From Anaerohalosphaeraceae bacterium (lineage in GTDB: Bacteria; Planctomycetota; Phycisphaerae; Sedimentisphaerales; Anaerohalosphaeraceae), in assembly GCA_050309605.1 (NCBI GenBank), contig JBNRMN010000052.1, positions 1 to 64,000 of the forward strand: a stretch of DNA of 64,000 bases, given 5' to 3'. Position 1 is the stretch's first letter, and every line of letters starts with the position of its first letter. A model generated the notes under the pieces. That model had not been told where the DNA came from. It was given only the letters and a program-made list of their open reading frames with translations, and did not search any database. Made by a program: the position numbers and the translations under genes. Shown piece after piece: positions 9,842 through 23,995 of this stretch.

Positions 9842-9858
9842 CCGCCCCTTCGGGGCGG
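9842..9858. other. Small very stable hairpin (cUUCGg tetraloop) at the edge of the REP array
   Basis: CCGCCCC-TTC-GGGGCGG. Confidence 0.5.
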
Positions 9859-9885
9859 CACAACAGCGCGCACAACAGCGAGGCG

Positions 9886-10318
9886 CAACAGCGCGGCCGC
9901 GCAAGCGGCCCGATGGGGGACGTAACGCCGTGGGTGTCGCAATCCGGCTCACTCGCGCGGCTCGGCTATTGTAAACAATAGCGCGGCGGCGCGAGCCGCC
10001 CGATAGGGGGATGCGGATAGATGGGACGTTTTCCAAATCGCCGTATTATCCGGCCGCTCGCGCGGCTCGGCTATTGTACGATGACGCAACGCACCAGCGC
10101 GGCGCAATAGCGCGGCGGCGCAAGCCGCCCAATGGGGGGATGCGAGTGTGTTGAACGTTATCCAAGGCGTGGTGTTATCCGGCCGCTTGCGCGGGTCGGC
10201 TATTGTACGATGACGCAACACACCAGCGCGGCGCAATAGCGCGGCCGCGCAAGCGGCCCGATGGGGGACGTAACGCCGTGGGTGTCGCAATCCGGCCGCT
10301 CGCGCGGCTCGGCTGTTG
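9886..10318. repeat. REP/REPIN(BIME)-like array: four inverted doublets of a ~29-nt GNRA-hairpin repeat
   Basis: Forward units CAA(T/C)AGCGCGGC(C/G)GC-GC(A/G)A-GC(G/C)GCCC(G/A)AT at 9886, 9976, 10105, 10234; inverted related units ATCCGGC..CTCGCGCGGCTCGGCTATTG at 9942, 10048, 10177, 10290. Confidence 0.9.
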
Positions 10319-10522
10319 TTATGAATCCGGCGCACCAGCGCGGCTCAGGTAAAATGGCCTTTCAGGCCGAAATAGTAAACATTTTTGGCCTGCTCCTGAA
10401 CGCGGTGAACGCTTACGATATTTCTATGAATACAGGCGTTCAGCAACACTTTCTTGCCAAACGCCTGTATAGAGCAACCTAAACAAAACTAAAAAGAGCT
10501 TTATTTGAACTATTCAGCCGAG

Positions 10523-14479
<3,957 letters not shown>

Positions 14480-14508
14480 TTAACAATATACGGTAATGAT
14501 CAGTATTC

Positions 14509-16803
14509 TTATTGTTCAGCCGCAGGATAAACCTGTATTCGTTGGCCGTCAAATCCAACAGCTACTATTTTTGTCGAGTCTTTGAAATAGGGCACATCTG
14601 TGAAACTGCGTGGATGAGGGCTGCCGGTTCCCGTCATGGTAATGTGCGTCATCTCCCGGTCGCGATACGTTTCGAATACGACCGTATTCTTCCAGACAGA
14701 ATGGTCAACCCGAATACCCCGTTCGGTTTCTGAAACGCCTTGGCCCGGGGCACCCTCAACAGCAAGGCGGTTTTTATAGGCCAGGTAACTGTTGCCGCTG
14801 ATATAATGCAATGTGTCCTCAAACGGCAGCTTGGGATGCCGCGAGACAGATTCCACGACTTCCTGAATCATCTCGGCAGTGATGGTTTTGCGAGCGGATG
14901 TGTAATCACTGAAAAGCTTATCCACCTCCTGAAGCATACCGATTCGAATAAAAAATTGCGATAAGTCGTAGCCTACGGCATCACACACATGTTTGACAAA
15001 ATCCACCTGCAATTGTCCATGCGGAATGCCCGTTTCATCACGTGTTCGAACCGCCTCATACACGTCGCCCCAAAAATACGGACGATGCCACGGATTGCCC
15101 TCTCCGGCCAGATGGAAAAACAGCGTCAACTGCCACAGCGGACACAATTTGACAAAATGATCTCCGTCCCAGTAGCCGTTGCGTTCACCGTAGGCCCTGT
15201 CGGGACCAGCCTGCAAGCCCCATTCCTGGTCATGAATATGTGCATTGTTCAGATAGGCGTTAAAACGACCGCCAATCGTCCCTGCCACGCGTTCATGTTC
15301 CAGGCGCAGATTGTCCGGCGTAAACCGATACTGCGTATAGACCGAAAATATATTGTTCGTCACCTCCGTTGTTCCGACCCACATCATCCCCGGCCGTGTC
15401 TGATTAATATGTCCGAATTCGTGAACCGGTCCCCATGAGTTTTGCAGGATTTTCGGGTAATGGGCGACGACCCCCATGGTATTTTCGTTAAATCCGGCGC
15501 CCAGTTGATCTCTGAACATATAACCGCGCCAGACCACTCGGCCGAACAGTCGGTTTTGAGGCACTCGACCGTGCTTAAACAATCCCAATAGGTGAAACTG
15601 GTGACGGACAATGGTATCGTACACATCCACCAGATCGCGAAGATTTTCAGGACTGTTTTCTTTCAGGGCATTGACCGTATAGGCCAATTGCACATGCCGC
15701 CCCCGTAAGTCCATAACGGGGCTGACGGCATGATTCAGCAGTGTTGCACCATCGGCGTTGGTATGTTTCCGAGCGTCAAAAAACCCATTGACCCGACCGG
15801 AAGCGATGTGCACGGTAATCGGCGGCGCGCTGTCGGGATGATCCACATAATAACTCAGATAACCGTTGCCGCGGCCTTTCGTTTTGAATTGGTTCACGCC
15901 CGTGCGCAACCGGTACGAATGGTCGTCGCCCGATTGGGCGAAATCACGCACGCGCAGTGAAATATCGCGGCCGTGGGTCCGGCCCACAAAGACGAGCACA
16001 TCCTGATCCGCTTCAAAGAAGAGGCCCGTGGGGTTCTCAAACTGATTGAACAGTCCCGTCTTGAGTTCCTCCGCCAGGCTGTACACATCGCGGTAAGCCT
16101 CATAGGCCTGAATACGATATTCACGCGGGTACGTCCCGTCAAACAGTTGCTGAGCAATCGTTTTCAACACACTGTTTTGAATCCCGTCGATATCCTGCTG
16201 GGTAATGCCGTCAGCCAGTTCAGAAAATGTCACGTCGGTAAACAGTCGATAATCGGGATGATCCTCCGTGCGGGCGGCGGCGTAGGCCTCAAACTGAGCC
16301 AGGGACACATAATACCTCTGATCTTGAGAATACGCATCAGTTACTGTAACGCGAACCGCCTCAGGGTTTTTTATCGGCGGGTTAAAATTGACATAGCCGG
16401 CCTGATGGGTTCGCCGAAAGCGGAATGTTTCCACTTCCTTAAAATCAGTCTCGCCGGCTCGTTTCACCGCGACGGCGCCCGCTCGAATGATGCCATTGAC
16501 GCCGGTAGTCCGGGGAGTCAGGACGATATAGCTGATTTCTTCAACGCCGGGTTCAAGGTAAAATGTCAGGGACAAAGGCGTATTCGGAGCAATACCCGAC
16601 CAGGGGGAGTGGAACAACGTTGTCAAATCCCCGTCAACGGCGTTGTCAATCCGCTCTCGCGGCTGAAACAACTCCGGCGGCGCCAGCGCGGCGGATACCA
16701 CGTTCAATTGGACATCTTGAGGAAAATCGGCGGCCGACAGTATTCCTGCAAGCGCACTCAATACCATAACCATTAAACCGACCGCATGTTGGCGACTTCT
16801 CAT
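14509..16803 (-). CDS. M60-like (enhancin-type) metallopeptidase with N-terminal F5/8 type C domain
   Basis: WGPVHEFGH...EVTNNIFS gluzincin motif; ENPTGLF; N-terminal AVDGDLTTLFHSPW; signal peptide. Confidence 0.88.
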   Translation of the reverse strand: MRSRQHAVGLMVMVLSALAGILSAADFPQDVQLNVVSAALAPPELFQPRERIDNAVDGDLTTLFHSPWSGIAPNTPLSLTFYLEPGVEEISYIVLTPRTTGVNGIIRAGAVAVKRAGETDFKEVETFRFRRTHQAGYVNFNPPIKNPEAVRVTVTDAYSQDQRYYVSLAQFEAYAAARTEDHPDYRLFTDVTFSELADGITQQDIDGIQNSVLKTIAQQLFDGTYPREYRIQAYEAYRDVYSLAEELKTGLFNQFENPTGLFFEADQDVLVFVGRTHGRDISLRVRDFAQSGDDHSYRLRTGVNQFKTKGRGNGYLSYYVDHPDSAPPITVHIASGRVNGFFDARKHTNADGATLLNHAVSPVMDLRGRHVQLAYTVNALKENSPENLRDLVDVYDTIVRHQFHLLGLFKHGRVPQNRLFGRVVWRGYMFRDQLGAGFNENTMGVVAHYPKILQNSWGPVHEFGHINQTRPGMMWVGTTEVTNNIFSVYTQYRFTPDNLRLEHERVAGTIGGRFNAYLNNAHIHDQEWGLQAGPDRAYGERNGYWDGDHFVKLCPLWQLTLFFHLAGEGNPWHRPYFWGDVYEAVRTRDETGIPHGQLQVDFVKHVCDAVGYDLSQFFIRIGMLQEVDKLFSDYTSARKTITAEMIQEVVESVSRHPKLPFEDTLHYISGNSYLAYKNRLAVEGAPGQGVSETERGIRVDHSVWKNTVVFETYRDREMTHITMTGTGSPHPRSFTDVPYFKDSTKIVAVGFDGQRIQVYPAAEQ

Positions 16804-16868
16804 CTTTCAGCCTTTCATCTGCATTAAAATGACCTGCTCGGCGTTCTGCCCAACACCTTTCACAAGAC

Positions 16869-16912
16869 AAAAAGTCTCGGCGGGATTGCACCTATCCCGA
16901 ACCCGCCGAGAC
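16869..16912 (-). terminator. Intrinsic terminator after the metzincin gene
   Basis: 11-bp stem GTCTCGGCGGG/CCCGCCGAGAC followed on the minus strand by TTTTT. Confidence 0.6.
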
Positions 16913-16932
16913 CTCGTATTCAGGCACGCCGT

Positions 16933-19900
16933 TCAGTCAAGCAGCCACATGCTCGACATCACGGCCAAATCCTCAAGATCAACCGCCTTGTCGCCGGTCA
17001 GATCCGCGCCCCCGCAGGGCGGAAAATCAGTACAGCCGCCGGCAAGCCAGTGCTCTGCCAGACCGGCCAAATCATCCAGCCCCTTTTCGCCGGTCAACAT
17101 ATCCCACACATACACCTCAAACAGGGCTTCCGTAAACCGGTCTTGCGAATCGGTCGCCCGAACGGTAAACGTATTCAATCCCGTATCGGCGTCGCGCGGC
17201 ATACCGCTGAGCGTCCCGTCAGGTTCAACCACAAGCCATTGCGGGCCGGCGACTTTGGAAAAGACAGCCGGATGGCCGTCGAAGGAGGACGCCAGATGCG
17301 ATACGCTGTCCAGGTAATCGCGGCCTTCCAGCGCATCGACGCCCTCAATCAATTCGGCTGCAAAATAAGGCGACCAATCATAATCGGGAGCATACGGCGC
17401 CAGATAGCGGCCCGGAATGACCTGCCGCTCAATGCCCGGCCCGCTCCAGGCCACCGACACATGATCGCCACCGCCGCCTTCTTTATGCAGCGCACGGATG
17501 TAATAGGCGCGTCCGGCCTGAAGGCTGTAGGTGTTGGATTGTTGAGAGGCATATTTATCCCATTGTCGATGATCCGTCCAGGCCGAATCGCCGGTCACAT
17601 TGGCAATGCGAATAGCGTTCGAAGCAGACGTTGTCGGACTGAGCCACAATTCCGAATTATCATCGCCGGCAATCCAAAACGTGTACTGACCCGTTGTCGG
17701 CGGGACAAGAAAACCGTGTATCCGCGACCCGTAATTATCCGCCCAGTTGATCGGCCCTTCAAACGAGTCAATCAGTTCCACGACATCGGGACTGTTCGGA
17801 TAGCGGGCGTTGCCGGTCAATGCCGAGACCCGATTGCCGGAGATATTTCGCCAGGCTTGGCGCAAAATTCCGCCGAAACCGTCGCCGGTTGTAAATGTCC
17901 AGACCTGTCCCGGAATGATCTGGCCGCCGGCAAGCACAGTATCCACCCGCCAATAGTATCGGGTGTTTCGTTTCAGTGCATCCGGCCGATAGGTCGGCAA
18001 GGTCACTCGGCCTTCATACTGCACAGAAGACGTATCCGCAGCGGCCACCGCATCGTAATCCGTGCCGAGATAGACGTCATTGGCTGCCGCCGAGGCGCCC
18101 ATCGACCACTTCAGATCAACAGACAAAAACATCGCCTGCGCGCCGTTAAACGGATTGGGACTTTCTGCCGCGCCGCCGGCAATCACGTCCTGGATTTGAC
18201 TTTCCGTCAGAGCGACACTGTAGATTCGCACATCATCCAGTCCGCCGTGGAAACTCCGGTCGGCCCGGCCCCAATCCCGTCCGACAGCCGAACTGCCGTA
18301 GAAGGATTCGGGCTGATGGGCGGCATTGTTGACGGCCTTATTCAGCGCCGAGCCGTCATAGGTATAAAGAGTCGCCCGCGTCGGTTCAATCACCAGCGCA
18401 ACAAAGGCCGCCTGACCGACCGAAAGGGACAATCCGGAATTCCAGTTCCAGTACTTGTCATTCCAGTGATACCCCAGCCGGTTGTTATCCCGGAAATTCA
18501 GATTGGCCGCGCCGCCGTTGCGGCACGAAAAAATCGCGGCGTACGGCGTCTGAACACTGTCAGGCCGGACCCATGCGGTTATCGTCACCGTATTGCTGCT
18601 GAAATTCATTGACGGCATTTCAATATAATCATCTTCACCGTCAAAGACCAGAGCGCGGCCGAACTTGCCCGGAATCGAATCCGCCTCGAAGGTCAAGCCG
18701 CCTCGTAATTGACCATGGTTGCCATTGATCGTTGAATCATAGGCCGTCGTACCGGAGGTTTCATCCAGTTTCCAGTATCCCCGAAGTGTCGGGTTCGGAA
18801 CCTCCACGGTAACATGAACATTGCCGTGAGCAGTCCGCCCGGTTGAATCCACAATGGTGTACTGAAATTGATCCATCCCGATCTTATTGCCGGGCGCCCT
18901 ATAAAACAACTCATCGCGACCGTTCGGGCCGGTTCCCGGCGACAGTTCCAATGTGCCGCCGAACGCCGTTGTTTCCGGAAAATCGGCAATCGCAATCGGA
19001 TCCCCGTTGGCGTCATAATCATTGGCCAGCACATCCAGTCTGCCCGATTCGGTCGCCGCGACGGTGAACCGGTCAAGATTCGCATACGGGGGGACCGGAT
19101 AATCATACAGTCCGATGTTGCGGATATTGACGCCCTGATTCAGCTTCGATTGACGACAACTCATAATCTGGAGCAGTTCGGGATTTGAAAAACGAGACAG
19201 CCCGTAATTGTTGCCGCTCATCACCGTCGCGCCTTCCGGATTGCCGCCCACATTATCGCTGGCTCCCAAGTTATGCCCGACCTCATGACGGGCCACATGC
19301 TGCCAGTTATGGTCGTTGCCGTTCCAGCCGTTAAAGGATCGCCCCCCCCAGCCGGAACCGCCGTAGTCGCAGACAAACGCCACCCCGCCGCCCACCGAGC
19401 CGACCATCCCAATAAAATGGTGATTTACGCCGGGGAACATAGCATTCCAGTAATCATTGACGTTCCACCAGTCGATGCCCCATTGCTCGCTGGATCGATC
19501 CAGACCGGCGTTGCTCGTGCGATAGACGACCTTGCCCAGTTTGACTTCCATCAGCAGATCGCGTGTATAAATCGCATTAAAATGCGCAACAGCGTTTTCC
19601 GCCTTGCGGGCGTAACTGGACAAATCAGAATAATTGGTGGCGTTCATATATTCGACCAGCACATCAAACCCGATATCGTGCTGATAAACAGTTTTATACA
19701 GATTGCCCAACCCGGCGGCTGAAGCGGTAAAAGAGGCTCCCGCATAGGGTGCTCCGGCGGGAGATTGAGGCGTTCCGCCGAGAGGGGTAAAGTTATTCAC
19801 CGCCGCGGCATTGTCATTGGTTTCGTACGGCGGATTGTACCACCAGTCCGTTGCGTTGCCCTTGAACACGTGGTAGCGCAGATCGCCGTTGGGCAGCAGC

Positions 19901-20715
19901 GTTGCCTCGACATAACTGTCCGGCTCTTCCTCGCACCAGCCGCGATAGGTCCGCACCGGCCCGGCCTCAATCGGCAATTGGGTCAAGCCGTCCCCATCCA
20001 GCAAAATCACTTCAAAGTTCGGACCGCGATGGGAAACCCGCTCCAGATTAAAGGTGCGGATCTGACCGTTTCGCAGGACCGCCCCGCGCATCGTTTCCGG
20101 CGGATCAGCCGGATCAATCGTCATATCGGTCACCGCAGAGACTTTCACATCATCCACGCCGAAAAAGGGTTTGGCCGTTTGAGGGTTTCCATTGCCGATC
20201 AAAGTAATCTTTATGAACAGGCGATCGCCGGGATTCAGTGTACCGGTGGTAAATGCATGGGTGGTCTTGAAGTCATTTTTATTGGAGTTATTACCCGAAC
20301 CGGCACTGAGCACTTCCACCGGACCGCCGATAACGCTCACAGCCGAGGCCGCATCGGAACCAACCAATAAATCATAGGATGACAATGTCATTCGGGACGG
20401 GTCGGATGTCTCGGCCAACAGCAGCACTGAAAACTCATAATCGGTACCGCTGGCAATGTTAATGCCGTTGCTGGTGATGCGCGTACCATCCACATTGGAG
20501 ATCCAGAGCCGCGTGCCGCCGTAAAGACCGGTATCGAAAATGCGCGACGCATCGCCTGTTCCCGGACCCGGATCAACCGTCCAGGTGGCCAGGAAATCAG
20601 AACCGGCAGGGTTTGCTGTCTGATAACTCTCAAAATCATCGCTGAAAATCACCATTCCGTTTACCGCCGACAAGCAGGCAGCCATCATTAAAACTCGTGC
20701 ATATTTCTTGATCAT
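16933..20715 (-). CDS. Secreted multidomain metzincin (M12/reprolysin-like): domain B + peptidase + Ig/cadherin-like + LamG + FN3-like + PA14 + Ig-like + dockerin-like
   Basis: HEVGHNLGASD with Met-turn TVMSG; LDVLANDYDANGD; YWKLDETSG...LDDVRIY; YYWRVD; PA14-like YTFWIAGDDNSELWL...HKEGGGGDH; LSGMP...NTFTVRATD; ADLTGDKAVDLEDLAVMSSMWL; ORF track start 20727. Confidence 0.82.
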   Translation of the reverse strand: MIKKYARVLMMAACLSAVNGMVIFSDDFESYQTANPAGSDFLATWTVDPGPGTGDASRIFDTGLYGGTRLWISNVDGTRITSNGINIASGTDYEFSVLLLAETSDPSRMTLSSYDLLVGSDAASAVSVIGGPVEVLSAGSGNNSNKNDFKTTHAFTTGTLNPGDRLFIKITLIGNGNPQTAKPFFGVDDVKVSAVTDMTIDPADPPETMRGAVLRNGQIRTFNLERVSHRGPNFEVILLDGDGLTQLPIEAGPVRTYRGWCEEEPDSYVEATLLPNGDLRYHVFKGNATDWWYNPPYETNDNAAAVNNFTPLGGTPQSPAGAPYAGASFTASAAGLGNLYKTVYQHDIGFDVLVEYMNATNYSDLSSYARKAENAVAHFNAIYTRDLLMEVKLGKVVYRTSNAGLDRSSEQWGIDWWNVNDYWNAMFPGVNHHFIGMVGSVGGGVAFVCDYGGSGWGGRSFNGWNGNDHNWQHVARHEVGHNLGASDNVGGNPEGATVMSGNNYGLSRFSNPELLQIMSCRQSKLNQGVNIRNIGLYDYPVPPYANLDRFTVAATESGRLDVLANDYDANGDPIAIADFPETTAFGGTLELSPGTGPNGRDELFYRAPGNKIGMDQFQYTIVDSTGRTAHGNVHVTVEVPNPTLRGYWKLDETSGTTAYDSTINGNHGQLRGGLTFEADSIPGKFGRALVFDGEDDYIEMPSMNFSSNTVTITAWVRPDSVQTPYAAIFSCRNGGAANLNFRDNNRLGYHWNDKYWNWNSGLSLSVGQAAFVALVIEPTRATLYTYDGSALNKAVNNAAHQPESFYGSSAVGRDWGRADRSFHGGLDDVRIYSVALTESQIQDVIAGGAAESPNPFNGAQAMFLSVDLKWSMGASAAANDVYLGTDYDAVAAADTSSVQYEGRVTLPTYRPDALKRNTRYYWRVDTVLAGGQIIPGQVWTFTTGDGFGGILRQAWRNISGNRVSALTGNARYPNSPDVVELIDSFEGPINWADNYGSRIHGFLVPPTTGQYTFWIAGDDNSELWLSPTTSASNAIRIANVTGDSAWTDHRQWDKYASQQSNTYSLQAGRAYYIRALHKEGGGGDHVSVAWSGPGIERQVIPGRYLAPYAPDYDWSPYFAAELIEGVDALEGRDYLDSVSHLASSFDGHPAVFSKVAGPQWLVVEPDGTLSGMPRDADTGLNTFTVRATDSQDRFTEALFEVYVWDMLTGEKGLDDLAGLAEHWLAGGCTDFPPCGGADLTGDKAVDLEDLAVMSSMWLLD

Positions 20716-20879
20716 TGAAAACTCCATATCTTATACATCCCCATCAAGTGATACTATCAGCCCCCCCGCAATGTCGCACTGTAAAAGACACAGGGGCTAC
20801 GCCAACATAATCGTCTTTACAGTCTTATCTTGCCGTCATAGTATCTCCTTTCGTTCTCAGAATTATCGGTTGCTATTGC

Positions 20880-22067
20880 TCAGCAAAGCCCCAATGCTTT
20901 GCCCACAGATAGAAACTTCTCTATCGCCATATCCAGATCATCCCGGGTATGCGCCGCGGAAATCTGGGTGCGAATTCGGGCCTTGCCTTCCGGCACGACC
21001 GGATACGCAAAGGCAATCACATAAATTCCTTCTTCCAACAGCCGCTCGGCCATCTGCTGAGCCGCTACCGCATCACCCAGCACAATCGGTACAATCGGAT
21101 GGTCGCCGGGCAGGACATTCAACCCCGTCTGCTCGATGCGCGATCGGAAATAGGCGGTATTTTCACGCAGTGTATCCAGCAGCGCTGACGACCGGCTGAG
21201 CATATCCAGCGCCGCCAGCGACGCGCACGCAATCGCCGGCGCCAGCGTATTGGAAAACAAATACGGCCGGCTTCGCTGACGCAGCAATTCGATGATTTCT
21301 TGACGTCCCGTCGTGAACCCGCCGCTGGCGCCGCCCAGCGCCTTGCCGAATGTGCCGGTGATGATATCCACACGTCCCGCCACATCGCGATACTCCGGCG
21401 TGCCGCGTCCGGTTGTACCAATCACGCCGGTGGCATGGCAATCATCAATCATCACCAGCGCATCATAGCGATCCGCCAGTTCACAAATCACATCCAGCGG
21501 CGCAACGTATCCATCCATCGAAAAAACGCCGTCGGTGGCGATCAGCCGAAAACGTGCGTCGCGGGCGTCTTTGAGCTTCTCTTCAAGATCTTTCATATCG
21601 CAGTTCGTGTAACGATACCGCTGCGCCTTGCACAGCCGGATGCCGTCGATAATACTGGCATGATTGAGCTGATCGCTGATAATCGCGTCCTCCGGCCCAA
21701 GCAGCGTTTCAAACAAGCCGCCGTTGGCGTCAAAACAACTGCTGTACAGAATCGTATCCTCCGTACCGAGAAAGGCGGACACCTTCTGTTCCAATTCTTT
21801 ATGAATACGCTGCGTTCCGCAGATAAACCGCACCGACGACAGACCGTAGCCCCACTTGTCATAACTGTCTTTGGCGGCCTGAATGATCTTCGGATGGTCG
21901 GACAATCCCAGATAATTGTTCGCACACAGATTCAGCACAGACCGCCCCGAAGCGACGTCGATGCGATTGTTCTGCGGACTGGTCAACACCCGCTCGGCCT
22001 TGTACAGACCTGACCGGCGCATCTGCTCAAGCTGCTTGGTTATAGATAATTGCATTTGGCCAAACAT
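20880..22067 (-). CDS. kbl: Glycine C-acetyltransferase (2-amino-3-ketobutyrate CoA ligase)
   Basis: [34 protein letters not shown] (PLP Lys), [18 protein letters not shown]. Confidence 0.96.
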   Translation of the reverse strand: MFGQMQLSITKQLEQMRRSGLYKAERVLTSPQNNRIDVASGRSVLNLCANNYLGLSDHPKIIQAAKDSYDKWGYGLSSVRFICGTQRIHKELEQKVSAFLGTEDTILYSSCFDANGGLFETLLGPEDAIISDQLNHASIIDGIRLCKAQRYRYTNCDMKDLEEKLKDARDARFRLIATDGVFSMDGYVAPLDVICELADRYDALVMIDDCHATGVIGTTGRGTPEYRDVAGRVDIITGTFGKALGGASGGFTTGRQEIIELLRQRSRPYLFSNTLAPAIACASLAALDMLSRSSALLDTLRENTAYFRSRIEQTGLNVLPGDHPIVPIVLGDAVAAQQMAERLLEEGIYVIAFAYPVVPEGKARIRTQISAAHTRDDLDMAIEKFLSVGKALGLC

Positions 22068-22089
22068 ATCTCAATTCTCCGCTGTGCGG

Positions 22090-23115
22090 CTACGTTGCCC
22101 AATTCAATATGACCTTACACGCTTTACCGGACAACATCGCCGAAAATCCCTTTTCATAATCCCGATAGTCAAAACGGTGCGTAATCAGCGGCGCGATATC
22201 CAGCCCGCACTGAATCAGCATCGTCGTGTTATACCATGTTTCGTACATCAGCCGTCCGTAAATCCCCTTCAGTGTCAGTCCATTGAAAATCACCAGATTC
22301 CAGTCCACCTGCGTCGGAGGCAAAAGACCCAGCAGTGCAACCTGTCCCCCATGCGCCATCGAGGTCAGCATATCTGTCAGAGCCGACGGACTGCCGGACA
22401 TCTCCATCCCGACGTCAAAACCCTCTTTCATTCCCAATTCCCGCTGCACCGCATCCAGCGATTCGCTGCGCGGGTCAATGGTTTTCGTCGCACCCATCTT
22501 TCGAGCCAGCGCCAGCCGATCCGGATTGATATCGGTCACCACGATAAATCGGGCGCCGACTTGCCGGGCCACGGCCGTGGCCATACATCCAATCGGCCCG
22601 GCCCCGGTAATCAGTACATCCTCGCCGACGACACGGTAGGTCAGGGCCGTATGCACTGCATTGCCAAGCGGATCAAAACAGCTCAGCACCTCCAAATCAA
22701 TCGACGTATCGCAATACCAGACATTGGTCACCGGTACAGAGATATATTCGGCAAACGCCCCGTCGCGATTAACGCCGATCCCCTGCGGCGAATGACACAA
22801 ATGCCTTCGCCCGGCCAGACAATTCCGACAGCGGCCGCACACGACGTGACCTTCGGCACTAACGATGTCTCCTGTCTTGAAATCGTGCACGTTACTGCCC
22901 ATCTCCACGATACGCCCGACAAACTCATGTCCGATTACCATCGGCGTACGAATGGTCTGCTGTGCCCATTGATCCCACGTGTAAATGTGGACATCTGTCC
23001 CGCAAATCGAGGTTTTCAGGACCTGAATCAAGACATCATTGATGCCGATTTTTGGAATCGGGACTTCTTCGAGCCACAACCCCTCTTTTGCTTCTTTTTT
23101 GACCAATGCCTTCAT
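22090..23115 (-). CDS. tdh: L-threonine 3-dehydrogenase
   Basis: [45 protein letters not shown]; adjacent to kbl. Confidence 0.96.
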   Translation of the reverse strand: MKALVKKEAKEGLWLEEVPIPKIGINDVLIQVLKTSICGTDVHIYTWDQWAQQTIRTPMVIGHEFVGRIVEMGSNVHDFKTGDIVSAEGHVVCGRCRNCLAGRRHLCHSPQGIGVNRDGAFAEYISVPVTNVWYCDTSIDLEVLSCFDPLGNAVHTALTYRVVGEDVLITGAGPIGCMATAVARQVGARFIVVTDINPDRLALARKMGATKTIDPRSESLDAVQRELGMKEGFDVGMEMSGSPSALTDMLTSMAHGGQVALLGLLPPTQVDWNLVIFNGLTLKGIYGRLMYETWYNTTMLIQCGLDIAPLITHRFDYRDYEKGFSAMLSGKACKVILNWAT

Positions 23116-23205
23116 AGTCACCTGCTTTCAGCGAAATCGGCTTGTTCCGTCAAACCCCCATAAAACGCTATGTCTTTGTTTATACCGACCAACCTATCCA
23201 TGCGT

Positions 23206-23925
23206 TCACTTAAATTCGAGCGTTCCAAAACCATCGGGCCGATGAAAATCCGGCGACGCCGTCGAAATCGGCGACCAGCTCAGCCAATGCGGCCGCGAAC
23301 TCTCATCGGCGCACTTGTATAAATTACCGCGCCAGACCGCCCCTGCTTGCGGCTGTTCGACGGTCGCATAACGCCGAAGCAAGGCAAACGGCAGCGCGTA
23401 TTCCATAACCCAGACCACGGGGGTTTCAATCTCGGACGCAATCGGCCGCTCGGCAAGAGACGCGGCACGCTTGATTTGCCTGCAATCGTCGTTCTCCAGA
23501 AAACGGATGTCCCGATGCGGCGCCGTCTGGTATCGCATTAACAGGGTCCCGATGCAATTGACTTCAAGATTAAAATACGCCTCGGACGGCTCGGCCTGCG
23601 GCGTAAAGAAAAACTCCACACAGCTATCCTTCCAGACCGGCCCGTGCGTGTCCGTCGCAACCGCCCGAACCCATTGATCCTCCACCCGAAAGATCACATA
23701 CAGGGCATTCTCGTCATAACGCATTTTGGCCTGCGTCACGGGACGATGCGAACCGGTTGTCGGCTGGGCACAGGCAATCTCCAGCGGCGCGGTCCTCTGC
23801 CAGACAGGCTTTTCAAAATCCGCATCGACTGCAATCGGCTGCGGTGCGGGCAAGACGCGATAGGCCCTGGCCGCCGTCGGCGAAGCCTTGTCGCCCGTTT
23901 GAATTGAAAGTCTGCCTTGTGTCAT
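23206..23925 (-). CDS. Carbohydrate-binding family 9-like protein
   Basis: YDENALYVIFRVED, VWKDSCVEFF, YFNLEVN..G, WRGNLYKC, PDFHRPDGFG. Confidence 0.8.
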   Translation of the reverse strand: MTQGRLSIQTGDKASPTAARAYRVLPAPQPIAVDADFEKPVWQRTAPLEIACAQPTTGSHRPVTQAKMRYDENALYVIFRVEDQWVRAVATDTHGPVWKDSCVEFFFTPQAEPSEAYFNLEVNCIGTLLMRYQTAPHRDIRFLENDDCRQIKRAASLAERPIASEIETPVVWVMEYALPFALLRRYATVEQPQAGAVWRGNLYKCADESSRPHWLSWSPISTASPDFHRPDGFGTLEFK

Positions 23926-23995
23926 TCTTACATCCTGGCCGTATAGCCATTAATCACATACAAATCACTTTGATATCGTATCGACGACAGCCGCA

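Noticed and set aside
9886..10318. CRISPR array
   Set aside because: Repeats alternate in orientation, spacers are identical or related to each other, and no cas genes are present
9764..10482. Short ORFs over the repeat array (also 48477-48910)
   Set aside because: Their translations simply mirror the repeats (RAARAA..., AACAAA...); no RBS or family motifs
20778..20824. Imperfect inverted repeat ACTGTAAAAGAC...GTCTTTACAGT between kbl and the metzincin gene
   Set aside because: AT-rich stem, long loop and no U-tract; cannot be assigned as terminator or operator
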